Part shown: in pieces, positions 23,458 to 35,143 of the stretch | Layout: each line of letters begins with the position of its first letter | How positions within the stretch are numbered: position 1 is the stretch's first letter | Assembly (NCBI GenBank): GCA_964016885.1 | Contig: OZ024766.1 | Span: 372,001-436,000 of the forward strand | Length of the DNA stretch: 64,000 bases | From: Eledone cirrhosa | Taxonomy: Eukaryota | Reading direction: 5' to 3' | The notes under the pieces: model-generated | Told to the model about the DNA's origin: nothing | What the model saw: the letters and a program-made list of their open reading frames with translations, nothing else | The model's database searches: none | Made by a program: the position numbers and the translations under genes

Positions 23458-24786
23458 ATGGAGGACGTTAAACCCTTGGACATTTTTAACACACCTGTTT
23501 CTACCAATATAGATACAGTTACACAGACATACAGAGGTGAGAAACCTTTACCTAGTGAAACATGTACTGAACAAGGATCATTACACGGAAATATTCCTGA
23601 ATATAACTGTGTGGTTTGTGAGAAAACTTTCTCATCAGAAAAGGAATTATCCACACACAAACGCAAACATACTAAAAACAAACCCTTCCACTGTGAAACA
23701 TGTGGGAAATCTTTTGCTAATAATCAACATCTTGTCATCCATATACGTAGTCACACTGGAGAGAAACCGTTTCAGTGTGATATATGTGAGAAATCATTCA
23801 CTACTAAATCTCATCTTGTCAATCACATACGTATTCATACTGGAGATAAACCGTTTCGCTGTGAGATATGTGGGAAATGTTTTGTAAAAAGCTGCGATTT
23901 AACTAAACACACAAGAACACACACTGGGGAAAAACCTTATCCTTGTGATGTATGTGGGAAATATTTTGCCGTGAAAGCTGATTTAAAGAAACATAAAAGA
24001 ACACACACTGGAGAAAAGCCATATCCATGTGAAATATGTCAAAAATCGTTTATCGACAGTAGTTCTTTAACAAAACATAAAAGAATACATACTGGAGATA
24101 AACCTTTTCATTGTGATAGATGTGGGAAATCTTTCAATTCAAATTTTAATCTTGTTAGCCATATACGTGTTCACACTGGAGAAAAACCTTTCCACTGTGA
24201 AATATGTGGGAAATCATTCGCTAAGAATTCTGGTCTTCTCAGTCACAGACGTAGACATACTGGAGAAAAACCCTTCCAATGTGAGACATGTGGGGAATCT
24301 TTCACTGAAAAGGTTCGGCTTACAATACACAACCAATTACACACTGGAGAAAACCCATTCCAGTGCGATATTTGTGGGAAATCTTGTCTTGGAAACCACA
24401 AATTAACTGTACACAGAAGAACACACACCGGAGAGAAACCTTTCAGTTGTAAAATTTGTGGGAAATGTTTCATCTGTAACACAAGTTTATCTATACATAT
24501 ACAAACTCACACTGGAGAAAAACCCTTCCATTGTGTGATATGTGGGAAGTCATTCTCTTCTCAGACAAGCCTGCTCACTCACAAACGAAGTCACAGTGGA
24601 GAAAAACCCTTTCATTGTGAAATATGTAAGAAATCTTTCACTTGGAAATCTCAACTTGTTCTTCACATACGTTCTCACACTGGAGAGAAACCATTTCAAT
24701 GTGAGGTATGTGGGGAATGTTTTGTGAAAAACAACGATTTAACTAAACACACAAGAACACACGCTGGGGAAACACCCTTCCATTGA
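23458..24786 (+). CDS. G4: C2H2 zinc-finger protein, 14 fingers, 442 aa
   Basis: Intact ORF; a 2-bp deletion gives a stop 3 codons earlier than in G3/G5. Confidence 0.93.
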   Translation: MEDVKPLDIFNTPVSTNIDTVTQTYRGEKPLPSETCTEQGSLHGNIPEYNCVVCEKTFSSEKELSTHKRKHTKNKPFHCETCGKSFANNQHLVIHIRSHTGEKPFQCDICEKSFTTKSHLVNHIRIHTGDKPFRCEICGKCFVKSCDLTKHTRTHTGEKPYPCDVCGKYFAVKADLKKHKRTHTGEKPYPCEICQKSFIDSSSLTKHKRIHTGDKPFHCDRCGKSFNSNFNLVSHIRVHTGEKPFHCEICGKSFAKNSGLLSHRRRHTGEKPFQCETCGESFTEKVRLTIHNQLHTGENPFQCDICGKSCLGNHKLTVHRRTHTGEKPFSCKICGKCFICNTSLSIHIQTHTGEKPFHCVICGKSFSSQTSLLTHKRSHSGEKPFHCEICKKSFTWKSQLVLHIRSHTGEKPFQCEVCGECFVKNNDLTKHTRTHAGETPFH

Positions 24787-24789
24787 GAT

Positions 24790-25218
24790 ATGAAAGCTGG
24801 TGATCGATATATACGTACTAAAGACAGACCCTTCCACTGTGAAATAAGTGGAAAATCTTCTGACAGTAGAAGTCGGTTATCAAGAGACACAAAAAAAAAA
24901 ATAAACGCTGGCCAGAAACCATATCATTGTGAATTATGTGGGAAATGTTTTTTCACTGAAAAATCTCATCTTGTCTTCCACATACGCTGTCAGACAGCTG
25001 AGAAACCGTTTCAATGTGAAATTTGTAGGAAATCTTTCATTTGTAAATCTCTTCCTGTCATTCATATACGTACACCCACAGGAGAAAATCTCCTTCCCTG
25101 TGAAATTTGTGGGAAATCTTTTAGTATCAAATCTCATCTTGTTTACTTACGTAGACACAATGAAGAAAAACCCTTCCACTATGAAATACGTGGGAAATCT
25201 TTTTGGATTTCAGCTTAA
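24790..25218 (+). pseudogene. Degenerate ZNF tail downstream of G4 (142-codon open frame)
   Basis: Paralogous to 21603-22034. Confidence 0.7.
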
Positions 25219-25327
25219 CTCTAAAATTGTCCCATGTAAACTTTGTAAACTTTTACTGTCACTGCTGTTAATAATAAAGTTATAGTTCAGCAATTTGTAA
25301 ATACTGTGGCTCGAACTTTTTGATATT

Positions 25328-26195
25328 TCCCATCTAGATCTCTGGTATTAACAATCTATGTAATGATAGCACTTTGTTAGTAGTTTTAATACATCTAACA
25401 CCCCTCTAAACCACTGTTATTAACACCATATGTAATGATATCACTTTGTTAGTAGTTTTAATAAATCTAATACCCCTCTAAACCACTGTTATTAACACCA
25501 TATGTAATGATATCACTTTGTTAGTAGTTTTAATACATCTAACACCCCCCTAAACCACTGTTATTAACACCATATGTAATGATAGATGTATTAAAACTAC
25601 TAACAAAGTGCTATCATTACATATGGTGTTAATAACAGTGGTTTAGGGGGGTGTTAGATGTATTAAAACTACTAACAAAGTGATATCATTACATATGGTG
25701 TTAATAACAGTGGTTTAGAGGGGGTGTTAGATGTATTAAAACTACTAACAAAGTGCTAACACCCCCTCTAAACCACTGTTATTAACACCATATGTAATGA
25801 TATCACTTTGTTAGTAGTTTTAATACATCTAACACCCCTCTAAACCACTGTTATTAACACCATATGTAATGATATCACTTTGTCAGTAGTTTTAATAAAT
25901 CTAACACCCCTCTAAACCACTGTTATTAACACCATATGTAATGATATCACTTTGTCAGTAGTTTTAATACATCTAACACCCCTCTAAACCACTGTTATTA
26001 ACACCATATGTAATGATAGCACTTTGTTAGTAGTTTTAATACATCTAACACCCCTCTAAACCACTGTTATTAACACCATATGTAATGATAGCACTTTGTT
26101 AGTAGTTTTAATACATCTAACACCCCTCTAAACCACTGTTATTAACACCATATGTAATGATATCCTCTTGTAAGTAGTTTTAATAAATGTAACAC
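25328..26195. repeat. 72-bp minisatellite, ~12 copies, with an internal inversion at 25583-25758
   Basis: Variant unit (CCCCTCTAAACCACTG); the central ~2.4 units are reverse-complemented. Confidence 0.95.
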
Positions 26196-26538
26196 AAACA
26201 CTTTGTTGGTATTTAAAATGTTATCGAAACTCGTTATTTAGACTGAAATATTAGAATATTTAACAATCTCCAGGTTATAAGACGATCAACTTTGATGGTA
26301 TAGCTTACTAAATAACGAGAAAATTTAGAATTAAAATTTAGTCACAGTGAAAAGGAAAGAAAATCAATTCAGTATCGAACAAAATAATATATTGATTACA
26401 GTCAGGGGAGACAACAATATCTTGTCTTAATTTAATTCCCAGATATGTATTCATTGATGTTCCAGCCGTGCCTATCACGTTGGTATATATATATATTATT
26501 ATATATATATATATCATTATATATATACATATATGTAT

Positions 26539-26582
<44 letters not shown>

Positions 26583-27406
26583 GATATATTCACTGCCGAA
26601 TACGTTCTTCCGCTATTTTAAGACAATAGAATGTGATTCTGCTGCTATATCTACCAAACCAAGCAACAAAGCAAGAGACTCCCTCGATGATACGTAATAA
26701 TTATTTTACTGGGTGATGTTCGTTGTTTTACCAGGGGTTGGATACAATTGATGGAGTTAATTGATATAACTGAAGGTCTTTCTGAATATATTAAATTATG
26801 TCAGGGACTTTTAACGTTTGACACCGGTGTTATTCAGGAGAGCGAAACATTACGAACGACACCACGTACCTGCTATCTTAATTATAACATTAATTTATCT
26901 AATTATATTTTATGGGGTAATTATCTCATGTTAAAGTGAAAGTTAATATTTTGTAGATAACATAGAGTGAGCTACATGTTCCAGGGTAGGTGTTCCATCT
27001 CCTACATGATTAAATATTTCATTTCATGAGAAACTACGCTACATCGTGAATTGGTTGTTCCACATTTTACAGGACAGTGAGAAATAGTTTTAAATCACCA
27101 ACATCTGAACAATTAGCTTTCTTGGTCTTTCTTGACTTTACATTTGGACTTGAAATAAAAGTGTTTGTATTGTTAATACAGCAGATATTGTGTACTTTTC
27201 TACACTCAATGGTAAACAATCCTGACACTACATATATACCACCTGGAGAGGACTCACTTTGCTACGAGAATTCTAGGGATATGAAGAAAGTATATCTACA
27301 TTGCATATTTTCCACACATGTAAACATAGTCCCATGATATCTAAGACAAGAAACTGAACTGTAATATATTATAATCACAGATATTTCTCAACTGTTAAGA
27401 ATTACT

Positions 27407-28744
27407 ATGGAGGACGTTAAACCCTTGGACATTTTTAACACACCTGTTTCTACCAATATAGATACAGTTACACAGACATACAGTGGTGAGAAACCTTTAC
27501 CTAGTGAAACATGTACTGAACAAGGATCATTACACAGAAATATTCCTGAATATAGTTGTGGGATTTGTAAGAAAACTTTCTCATCAGAAAAGGAATTATC
27601 CACACACAAACGCAAACATATTAAAAACAAACCGGTCCACTGTAAAACATGTGGGAAATCTTTTGCTGGTAATCAACATCTTGTCATCCACATACGTAGT
27701 CACACTGGAGAGAAACCGTTTCATTGTGATATATGTGAGAAATCTTTCACTATTAAATCTCATCTTGTCAATCACATACGTATTCACACTGGAGATAAAC
27801 CGTTTCGCTGTAAGATATGTGGGAAATCTTTTGTTAAAAACTCCGATTTAACTAAACACACAAGAACACACACTGGGGAAAAACCTTTTCCTTGTGATGT
27901 ATGTGGGAAATATTTTGCTGTGAAAGCTGATTTAAAGAAACATAAAAGAACACACACTGGAGAAAAGCCATATCCATGTGAAATATGTCAAAAATCGTTT
28001 ATCGACAGTAGTGCTTTAACAAAACATAAAAGAATACATACTGGAGATAAACCTTTTCATTGTGAAAGATGTGGGAAATCTTTCAATTCAAATTTTAATC
28101 TTGTTAACCATATACGTGTTCACACTGGAGAAAAACCTTTCTATTGTGAAATATGTGGGAAATCTTTCTCTCAGAATTATAGTCTTCTTGTTCACAAACG
28201 TAGACATACTGGAGAAAAACCCTTCCAATGTGAGATATGTGAGGAATCTTTCATTGACAAAGTTCGGCTTACAATACACAACCAATCTCACACTGGAGAA
28301 AACCCATTCAAGTGCGATATTTGTGGGAAATCTTGTCTTGGAAACCATAAATTAACTGTACACAGAAGAACACACACCGGAGAGAAACCTTTCAGTTGTA
28401 AAATCTGTGGGAAATCTTTCATCTGTAACACAAGTTTATCTAGACATATACAAACTCACACTGGAGAAAAACCCTTCCATTGTGAGATATGTGGCAAGTC
28501 ATTCTTTTCTCAGTCAAGCATGCTCACTCACAAACGAAGTCACAGTGGAGAAAAACCGTTTCATTGTGAAATATGTAAGAAATCTTTCACTTGGAAATCT
28601 CAACTTGTTCTTCACATACGTTCTCACACTGGAGAGAAACCATTTCAATGTGAGGTATGTGGGAAATGTTTTGTGAAAAACTACGATTTAATTAAACACA
28701 CAAGAACACACGCTGGGGAAACACCCTTCCATTGTGAGATATGA
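27407..28744 (+). CDS. G5: C2H2 zinc-finger protein, 14 fingers, 445 aa
   Basis: Intact ORF ending CEI*; disrupted degenerate tail follows to ~29156. Confidence 0.93.
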   Translation: MEDVKPLDIFNTPVSTNIDTVTQTYSGEKPLPSETCTEQGSLHRNIPEYSCGICKKTFSSEKELSTHKRKHIKNKPVHCKTCGKSFAGNQHLVIHIRSHTGEKPFHCDICEKSFTIKSHLVNHIRIHTGDKPFRCKICGKSFVKNSDLTKHTRTHTGEKPFPCDVCGKYFAVKADLKKHKRTHTGEKPYPCEICQKSFIDSSALTKHKRIHTGDKPFHCERCGKSFNSNFNLVNHIRVHTGEKPFYCEICGKSFSQNYSLLVHKRRHTGEKPFQCEICEESFIDKVRLTIHNQSHTGENPFKCDICGKSCLGNHKLTVHRRTHTGEKPFSCKICGKSFICNTSLSRHIQTHTGEKPFHCEICGKSFFSQSSMLTHKRSHSGEKPFHCEICKKSFTWKSQLVLHIRSHTGEKPFQCEVCGKCFVKNYDLIKHTRTHAGETPFHCEI

Positions 28745-29265
28745 AAGCTGGTGATCGATATATACGTACTAAAGACAGACCCTTCCACTGTGAAATAAGT
28801 GGAAAATCTTCTGACAGTAGAAGTCGGTTATCATGAGACAAAAAAAAAAAAATAATAAACGCTGGGCAGAAACCATATCATTGTGAATTATGTGGGAAAT
28901 TTTCACATCTTGTCTTCACATACGCTGTCAGACAGCTGAGAAACCGTTTCAAAGTGAAATTTGTAGGAAATCTTTCACTTGTAAATCTCTTCATTTCATT
29001 CATATACATACACCTACTGCAGAAAAATTCTTTCCCTGTGAAATTTGTGGGAAATCTTTTAGTATCAAATCTCATCTTGTTTACATACGTAGACACAATG
29101 AAGAAAAACCCTTCCACTATGAAATATGTGGGAAATCCTTTTGGATTTCAGCTTAACTCTAAAATTGTCCCATGTCTTAACTTTGTAAACCTTTACTGTC
29201 ACTGCTGTTAATAAAGTTATAGTTCAGAAATTTGTAAAGACTGTGGCTCGAAATGTTTGATATTT

Positions 29266-30260
29266 TCCCATCTAGATCTCTGGTATTAACAATCTATGTA
29301 ATGATAGCACTTTGTTAGTAGTTTTAATACATCTAACACCCATCTAAACCACTGTTATTAACACCATATGTAATGATATCATCTTGTAAGTAGTTTTAAT
29401 ACATCTAACACCCATCTAAATCTCTGTTATTAACACCATTTGTAATTATATCATCTTGTAAGTAGTTTTAATGCATCTAACACCTCTAGGGGAGCTACTT
29501 TATGGTGTGTATCAATAATTTATCAAGGCGTGATTTGGCTAAAGTCAGAGCAATCATAAGCCGCGTATGGACATAAATCAACTTCCACCAACTCAAAGAT
29601 TTTTCTCTTTCTTTGGTAAAAACTAGCCTCTTGCTGTTTCGGACTCAGAAAGTTCAGCACGCAATTATGTAACGGTGAGATTTTCACTTTTGTCTGTCAG
29701 CCTCCTTCGGCCCAGCACAGCACATTTCTTTACGTCATAAAACTCTTAATTTTGTTTGACTTGTCAACCCAGCTTAATTTTTGTAATCGGTTGTAAATAA
29801 AACTTGTAAAATACTATAAAGTCTCTTAATAGCTTTCTACAAAACCTACAGCTACTTCAACAAACATTCACTTCACAACTAACGTTACATTTCTAACTAT
29901 AACAAATAACAATAACTATACATTCTTTCTTATTAATATTATGCCAAGACGGCATAATATTATTTTTCTGCTAAACACACATCTAAATCTCTGTTATTAA
30001 CACCATATGTAATGATATCTTGTTAGTAGTTTTAAAACATCTAACACACATCTAAATCTCTGTTATTAACACCATATGTAATGATATCTTGTAAGTAGTT
30101 TTAATACATCTAACACCCATCTAAATCTCTGTTATTAACACCATATGTAATGATAGCACTTTGTTAGTAGTTTTAATACATCTCACACCCCTCTAAACCA
30201 CTGTTATTAACACCATATGTAATGATATCATCTTGTAAGTAGTTTTAATAAATGTAACAC
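29266..30260. repeat. 72-bp minisatellite interrupted by a ~490-bp unrelated insertion (~29485-29972)
   Basis: ~3 units before and ~4 units after the insertion. Confidence 0.88.
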
Positions 30261-31381
30261 AAACACTTTGTTGGTATTTAAAATGTTATCGAAACTCGTT
30301 ATTTAGACTGAAATATTTAACAATCTCCAGGTTATAGGACGATCAACTTTGATGGTATAGCTTACTAAATAACGAGAAAATTTAGAATTAAAATTTAGTC
30401 ACAGTGAAAAGGAAAGAAAATCAATTCAGTATCGAACAAAATAATATATTGATTACAGTCAGGGGAGACAACAATATCTTGGCTTAATTTAATTCCCAGA
30501 TATGTATTCATTGATGTTCCAGCCGTGACTATCACGTTGGTATACATTTATATATATATATATACATACATACATATATTCACTGCCGAATACGTTCTTC
30601 CGCTATTTTAAGACGATAGAATGTGATTCTGCTGCTATATCTACCAAACCAAGCAACAAAGAAAGAGACTCCCTCGATGATACGTAATAATTATTTTACT
30701 GGGTGATGTTCGTTGTTTTACCAGGGGTTGCATACAATTGATGGAGCTAATTGATATAACTGAAGGTCTTTCTGAATATATTAAATTATGTCAGGGACTT
30801 TTAACGTCTGACACCGCTGTTATTCAGGGGAACGAAACATTACGAACGACACCACGTACCTGCTATCTTAATTATAACATTAATTTATCTAATTATATTT
30901 TATGGGGTAATTATCTCATGTTAAAGTGAAAGTTAATTTTCTGTAGATAACATAGAGTGAGCTACATGTTCCAGGGTAGGTGTTCCATCTCCTACATGAT
31001 TAAATATTTCATTTCATGAGAAACTACGCCACATCGTGAATTGGTTGTTCCACATTTTACAGGACAGTGAGAAATAGGATTAAATCACCAACATCTGAAC
31101 AATTAGCTTTCCTGACTTTACATTTGGACTTGAAATATAAAGTACGTATTATTTGTATTGTTAACACAGCAGATATTGTGTACTTTTCTACACTCCTGAT
31201 TTACAACAATACAGTTGGAGAGGACTCAAGAATTCTAGATATATATGTAGAAAATTTATCTACATTGCATATTTTCCACACATGTAAACATAGTCCTATG
31301 ATATCTAAGACAAGAAACTGAACTGTAATATATTATAATCACAGATATTTCTCAACTGTTAAGAATTCTTCAAGAATTACT

Positions 31382-32860
31382 ATGGAGGACATTAAACCCT
31401 TGGACATTTTTAACACACCTGTTTCTACCAATATAGATACAGTTACACAGACATACAGTGGTGAGAAACCTTTACCTAGTGAAACATGTACTGAACAAGG
31501 ATCATTATACAGAAATATTCCTGAATATAGCTGTGAGATTTGTAAGAAATCTTTCTCTTCAGAAAATGAATTATCCACACACAAACACATACATACTAAA
31601 GACAAACCCTATCATTGTGAAATATGTGGGAAATCTTTTGCTCGTAATCAACAACTTGTCTTCCACATACGTAGTCACACTGGAGAGAAACCGTTTCATT
31701 GTGAGATATGTGGGAAATCTTTTGTGCGTAGCTATACTTTGTCACAACACAAAAGAACACACACTGGAAAGAAAACCTTCCCCAAAAGCTCCCATTTGAC
31801 TGCACACAAAAGAATAAACACTGGAGAGAAACGCTTCCATTGTGAAATCTGTGGGATATCTTTCAGTCACAAATCCTATATTGTTAACCACATGCGTACT
31901 CACACTGGCGAAAAACCTTATCCTTGTGATGTATGTGGAAAATCATTTGCTCGTAAGGGTGATTTAAAAAAGCATAAAAGAACACACACTGGAGAAAAGC
32001 CATATCCATGTGAAATATGTCAAAAATCGTTTTCCGACAGTAGTGCTTTAACAAAACACAAAAGGATACACACTGGAGATAAACCTTTTCACTGTGAAAT
32101 TTGTGGGAAATCTTTCAATTCAAATTTTAATCTTGTTAACCATATACGTGTTCACACTGGAGAAAAACCTTTCCATTGTGAAATATGTGGGGAATCTTTC
32201 ACTGGAAAATTTTATCTTAAATTACACAACCAATCACACACTGGAGAAAACCCATTCGAGTGCGAGACTTGTGGGAAATCTTTTGGTGGAAATAATAAAT
32301 TAACTATACACAAAAGAACACACACTGGAGAAAAACCATTCCACTGTGAAATTTGTGGGAAATCTTTTATCTGTAACGGTAGTTTATCAAGGCATATACG
32401 AACTCACACTGGAGAAAAACCCTTCCACTGTGAAGTATGTGGGAAATCTTTTATCAATAACAGTAGTATATCTAAACATATACGAACTCACACAGGGCCA
32501 AAACCTTTCCATTGTGAAATTTGTAGGAAATCGTTTCCTTACAAATCTCAACTTGTTGAACACATGCGTTCTCACACTGGAGAAAAGCCCTTCCATTGTG
32601 AGATATGTGGGAAGTCATTCTCTGCTAACTCAAGCTTACTTACTCACAAACGAAGTCACACTAGAGGAAAACCCTTTTCTTGCGAAATTTGTGGAAAATG
32701 TTTTACCAGAGGCTATAAATTGACCCTACATAAAAGAACACACACCGGAGAAAGACCCTACCAATGTGAAATATGTGGGAAATCTTTTGTCTGTGGCAGT
32801 AACTTCAATAAACACAAACACACACATACTGGAGGGAAACCTGTTGACTGTGAAACCTGA
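31382..32860 (+). CDS. G6: C2H2 zinc-finger protein, 15 fingers plus one half-finger, 492 aa
   Basis: Intact ORF; half-finger GKKTFPKSSHLTAHKRIN. Confidence 0.95.
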   Translation: MEDIKPLDIFNTPVSTNIDTVTQTYSGEKPLPSETCTEQGSLYRNIPEYSCEICKKSFSSENELSTHKHIHTKDKPYHCEICGKSFARNQQLVFHIRSHTGEKPFHCEICGKSFVRSYTLSQHKRTHTGKKTFPKSSHLTAHKRINTGEKRFHCEICGISFSHKSYIVNHMRTHTGEKPYPCDVCGKSFARKGDLKKHKRTHTGEKPYPCEICQKSFSDSSALTKHKRIHTGDKPFHCEICGKSFNSNFNLVNHIRVHTGEKPFHCEICGESFTGKFYLKLHNQSHTGENPFECETCGKSFGGNNKLTIHKRTHTGEKPFHCEICGKSFICNGSLSRHIRTHTGEKPFHCEVCGKSFINNSSISKHIRTHTGPKPFHCEICRKSFPYKSQLVEHMRSHTGEKPFHCEICGKSFSANSSLLTHKRSHTRGKPFSCEICGKCFTRGYKLTLHKRTHTGERPYQCEICGKSFVCGSNFNKHKHTHTGGKPVDCET

Positions 32861-33147
32861 TTAACTTATTGTCCATAAACATCAAAATTGAACCCTTAAT
32901 AATTCTACAGACTCCAAATATAGATGCTATTTTTATTTGAGATTAAAATCTTTACTTCTCATCCTTGTCCTCTTTATTTCATTTTTAATCTAAGAAACTT
33001 GAGAGTATTTTTGGCAATCTCAACATTTCCTGTTCATCATCATTAAATGTCTTTTCTCTGCTGGTAAGTTTGGAACATCTGACAGACCAAGTCAGGACTG
33101 AAGTGGTGGTACCTATCTCTCAGGTGAGCTGGGGGCCGACATTATTA

Positions 33148-33250
33148 CCGAGGTTAACTTTGCCTTTCATCCTTACGGGGTCGATAAAATAAAGTACCAG
33201 TAATGTACTGGGTAATTGTGGGCCTTGCGCCTAAAATAGAAACAATTATT
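33148..33250 (+). mobile_element. Octopus-type SINE fragment
   Basis: Core CCGAGGTTAACTTTGCCTTTCATCCTTACGGGGTCGATAAAAT; same insertion at 49325-49427 and 53767-53869 (minus). Confidence 0.85.
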
Positions 33251-33294
33251 CCTGATATTCCCTCACTCTACTGAGTGTTCAGGTTAGCTGGGGA

Positions 33295-33480
33295 GCAACA
33301 TGTCACAGCATACGGCATCAAACCTATCAAATGCAAGTCGCAGTAACCCCCATGTTGTCTTCAGATTCCAGCTGACTGATTCTACATCTGCCAGTTGTCA
33401 TATCACTTTCAACCCAGTTGTATATGTCAACTCTGTTCATATAAATAATGATTAGGAGACCTACTCCCACATTGGATTCA
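33295..33480 (-). mobile_element. RTE-like RT fragment (short copy of 52990-53720)
   Basis: LLIIIYMNRV...SEDNMG; duplicated at ~49095-49280 on the plus strand. Confidence 0.65.
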
Positions 33481-33736
33481 TCACCTTGCGAGGATGCACC
33501 TCTCTGACGAGAGGAGAACCCCAGACACGATCCTGATAGCAAGTGTGGAGGAAGACTCCTTATTAAAATGTTTGCAGATTTCTGTGCCAGAACATTTAAT
33601 TTGCTGATCTGAAGTTGGATTACAGCTTTACTCCAAAGTCGTCCCATGTCTTAACTTTGGAAACCTTTACTGTCACTGCTGTTAATAATAAAGTTATAGT
33701 TCAGGAATTTGTAAAGTCTGTGACTTGGTTATATTT

Positions 33737-33945
33737 CCATCTAAATCTCTAACACTATATATAATGATATCATCTTCTAGGTAGCTTTAATACATCTAAC
33801 ACCCATCTAAATCTCTGGTATTAACACCATATGTAATGATATCATCTTGTAAGTAGTTTTAATACATCTCACAACCCTCTAAACCACTGTTATTAACACC
33901 ATATGTAATGATATCATCTTGTAAGTAGTTTTAATAAATGTAACA
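33737..33945. repeat. 72-bp minisatellite, ~3 copies
   Basis: Same unit. Confidence 0.88.
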
Positions 33946-34241
33946 CAAACACTTTGTTGGTATTTAAAATGTTTAAAATTTTATCGAAATCGTTATTTAG
34001 ACTGAAATATTAGAATATTTAACTATCTCCAGGTTATAGGACGATTAACTTTGATGGTATAGCTTACTAAATAACGAGAAAATTTAGAATTAAAATTTAG
34101 TCACAGTGAAAAGGAAAGAAAATCAATTCAGTATCGAACAAAATAATATATTGATTAGTCAGGGGAGACAACAATGTCTTGGCTTAATTTAATTCCCAGA
34201 TATGTATTCATTGATGTTCCAGCCGTGACTATCACGTTGGT

Positions 34242-34272
<31 letters not shown>

Positions 34273-35143
34273 GATAGATATATATACATACACACATACA
34301 TATATTCACTGCCGAATACGTTCTTCCGCTATTTTAAGACGATAGAATGTGATTCTGCTGCTATATCTACCAAACCAAGCAACAAAGCAAGAGACTCCCT
34401 CGATGATACGTAATAATTATTTTACTGGGTAATGTTCGTTGTTTTACCAGGGGTTGGATACAATTGATGGAGTTAATTGAGATAACTGAAGGTCTTTCTG
34501 AATATATTAAACTATGTCAGGGACTTTTAACGTATTACACCGGTGTTATTCGGCAGAGCGAAACATTACGAACGACATCATGTACCTGCTATCTTAATTA
34601 TAACATTAATTTATCTAATTATATTTCATGGGGTAATTATCTCATGTTAAAGTGAAAGTTAATTTTCTGTAGATAACATAGAGTGAGCTACATGTTCCAG
34701 GGTAGGTGTTCCATCTCCTACATGATTAAATATTTCATTTTATGAGAAACTACGCTACATCGTGAATTGGTTGTTCCACATTTTACAGGACAGTGAGAAA
34801 TAGGTTTAAATCACCAACATCTGAACAATTAGCTTTCTTGGTCTTTCTTGACTTTACATTTGGTCTTGAAATATAAAGTACGTATTATTTGTATTGTTAA
34901 CACAGCAGATATTGTGTACTTTTCTACACTCCGTGGTAAACAATCCTGACACTACATATATACCACTTGGAGAGGACTCACTTAGCTACAAGAATTCTAG
35001 ATATATATATAGAAAGTATATCTATGTTGTATATTTCCCACACATGTAAACATAGTCCTATGATATCTAAGACAAGAAACTGAACTGTAATATATTATAA
35101 TCACAGATATTTCTCAACTGTTAAGAAATCTTCAAGAATTACA

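Noticed and set aside
26748-26939. Conserved 63-aa ORF MMELIDITEGL... as an independent gene or ZNF N-terminal exon
   Set aside because: 4-bp deletions in the G4 and G9 copies and a stop in the G8 copy; predicted splicing reaches a stop before the ZNF. Kept only as a possible uORF
33327-33647. 106-aa ORF duplicated at 48927-49247
   Set aside because: Chimeric read-through of 3' flank and an RTE remnant; identity reflects recent segmental duplication
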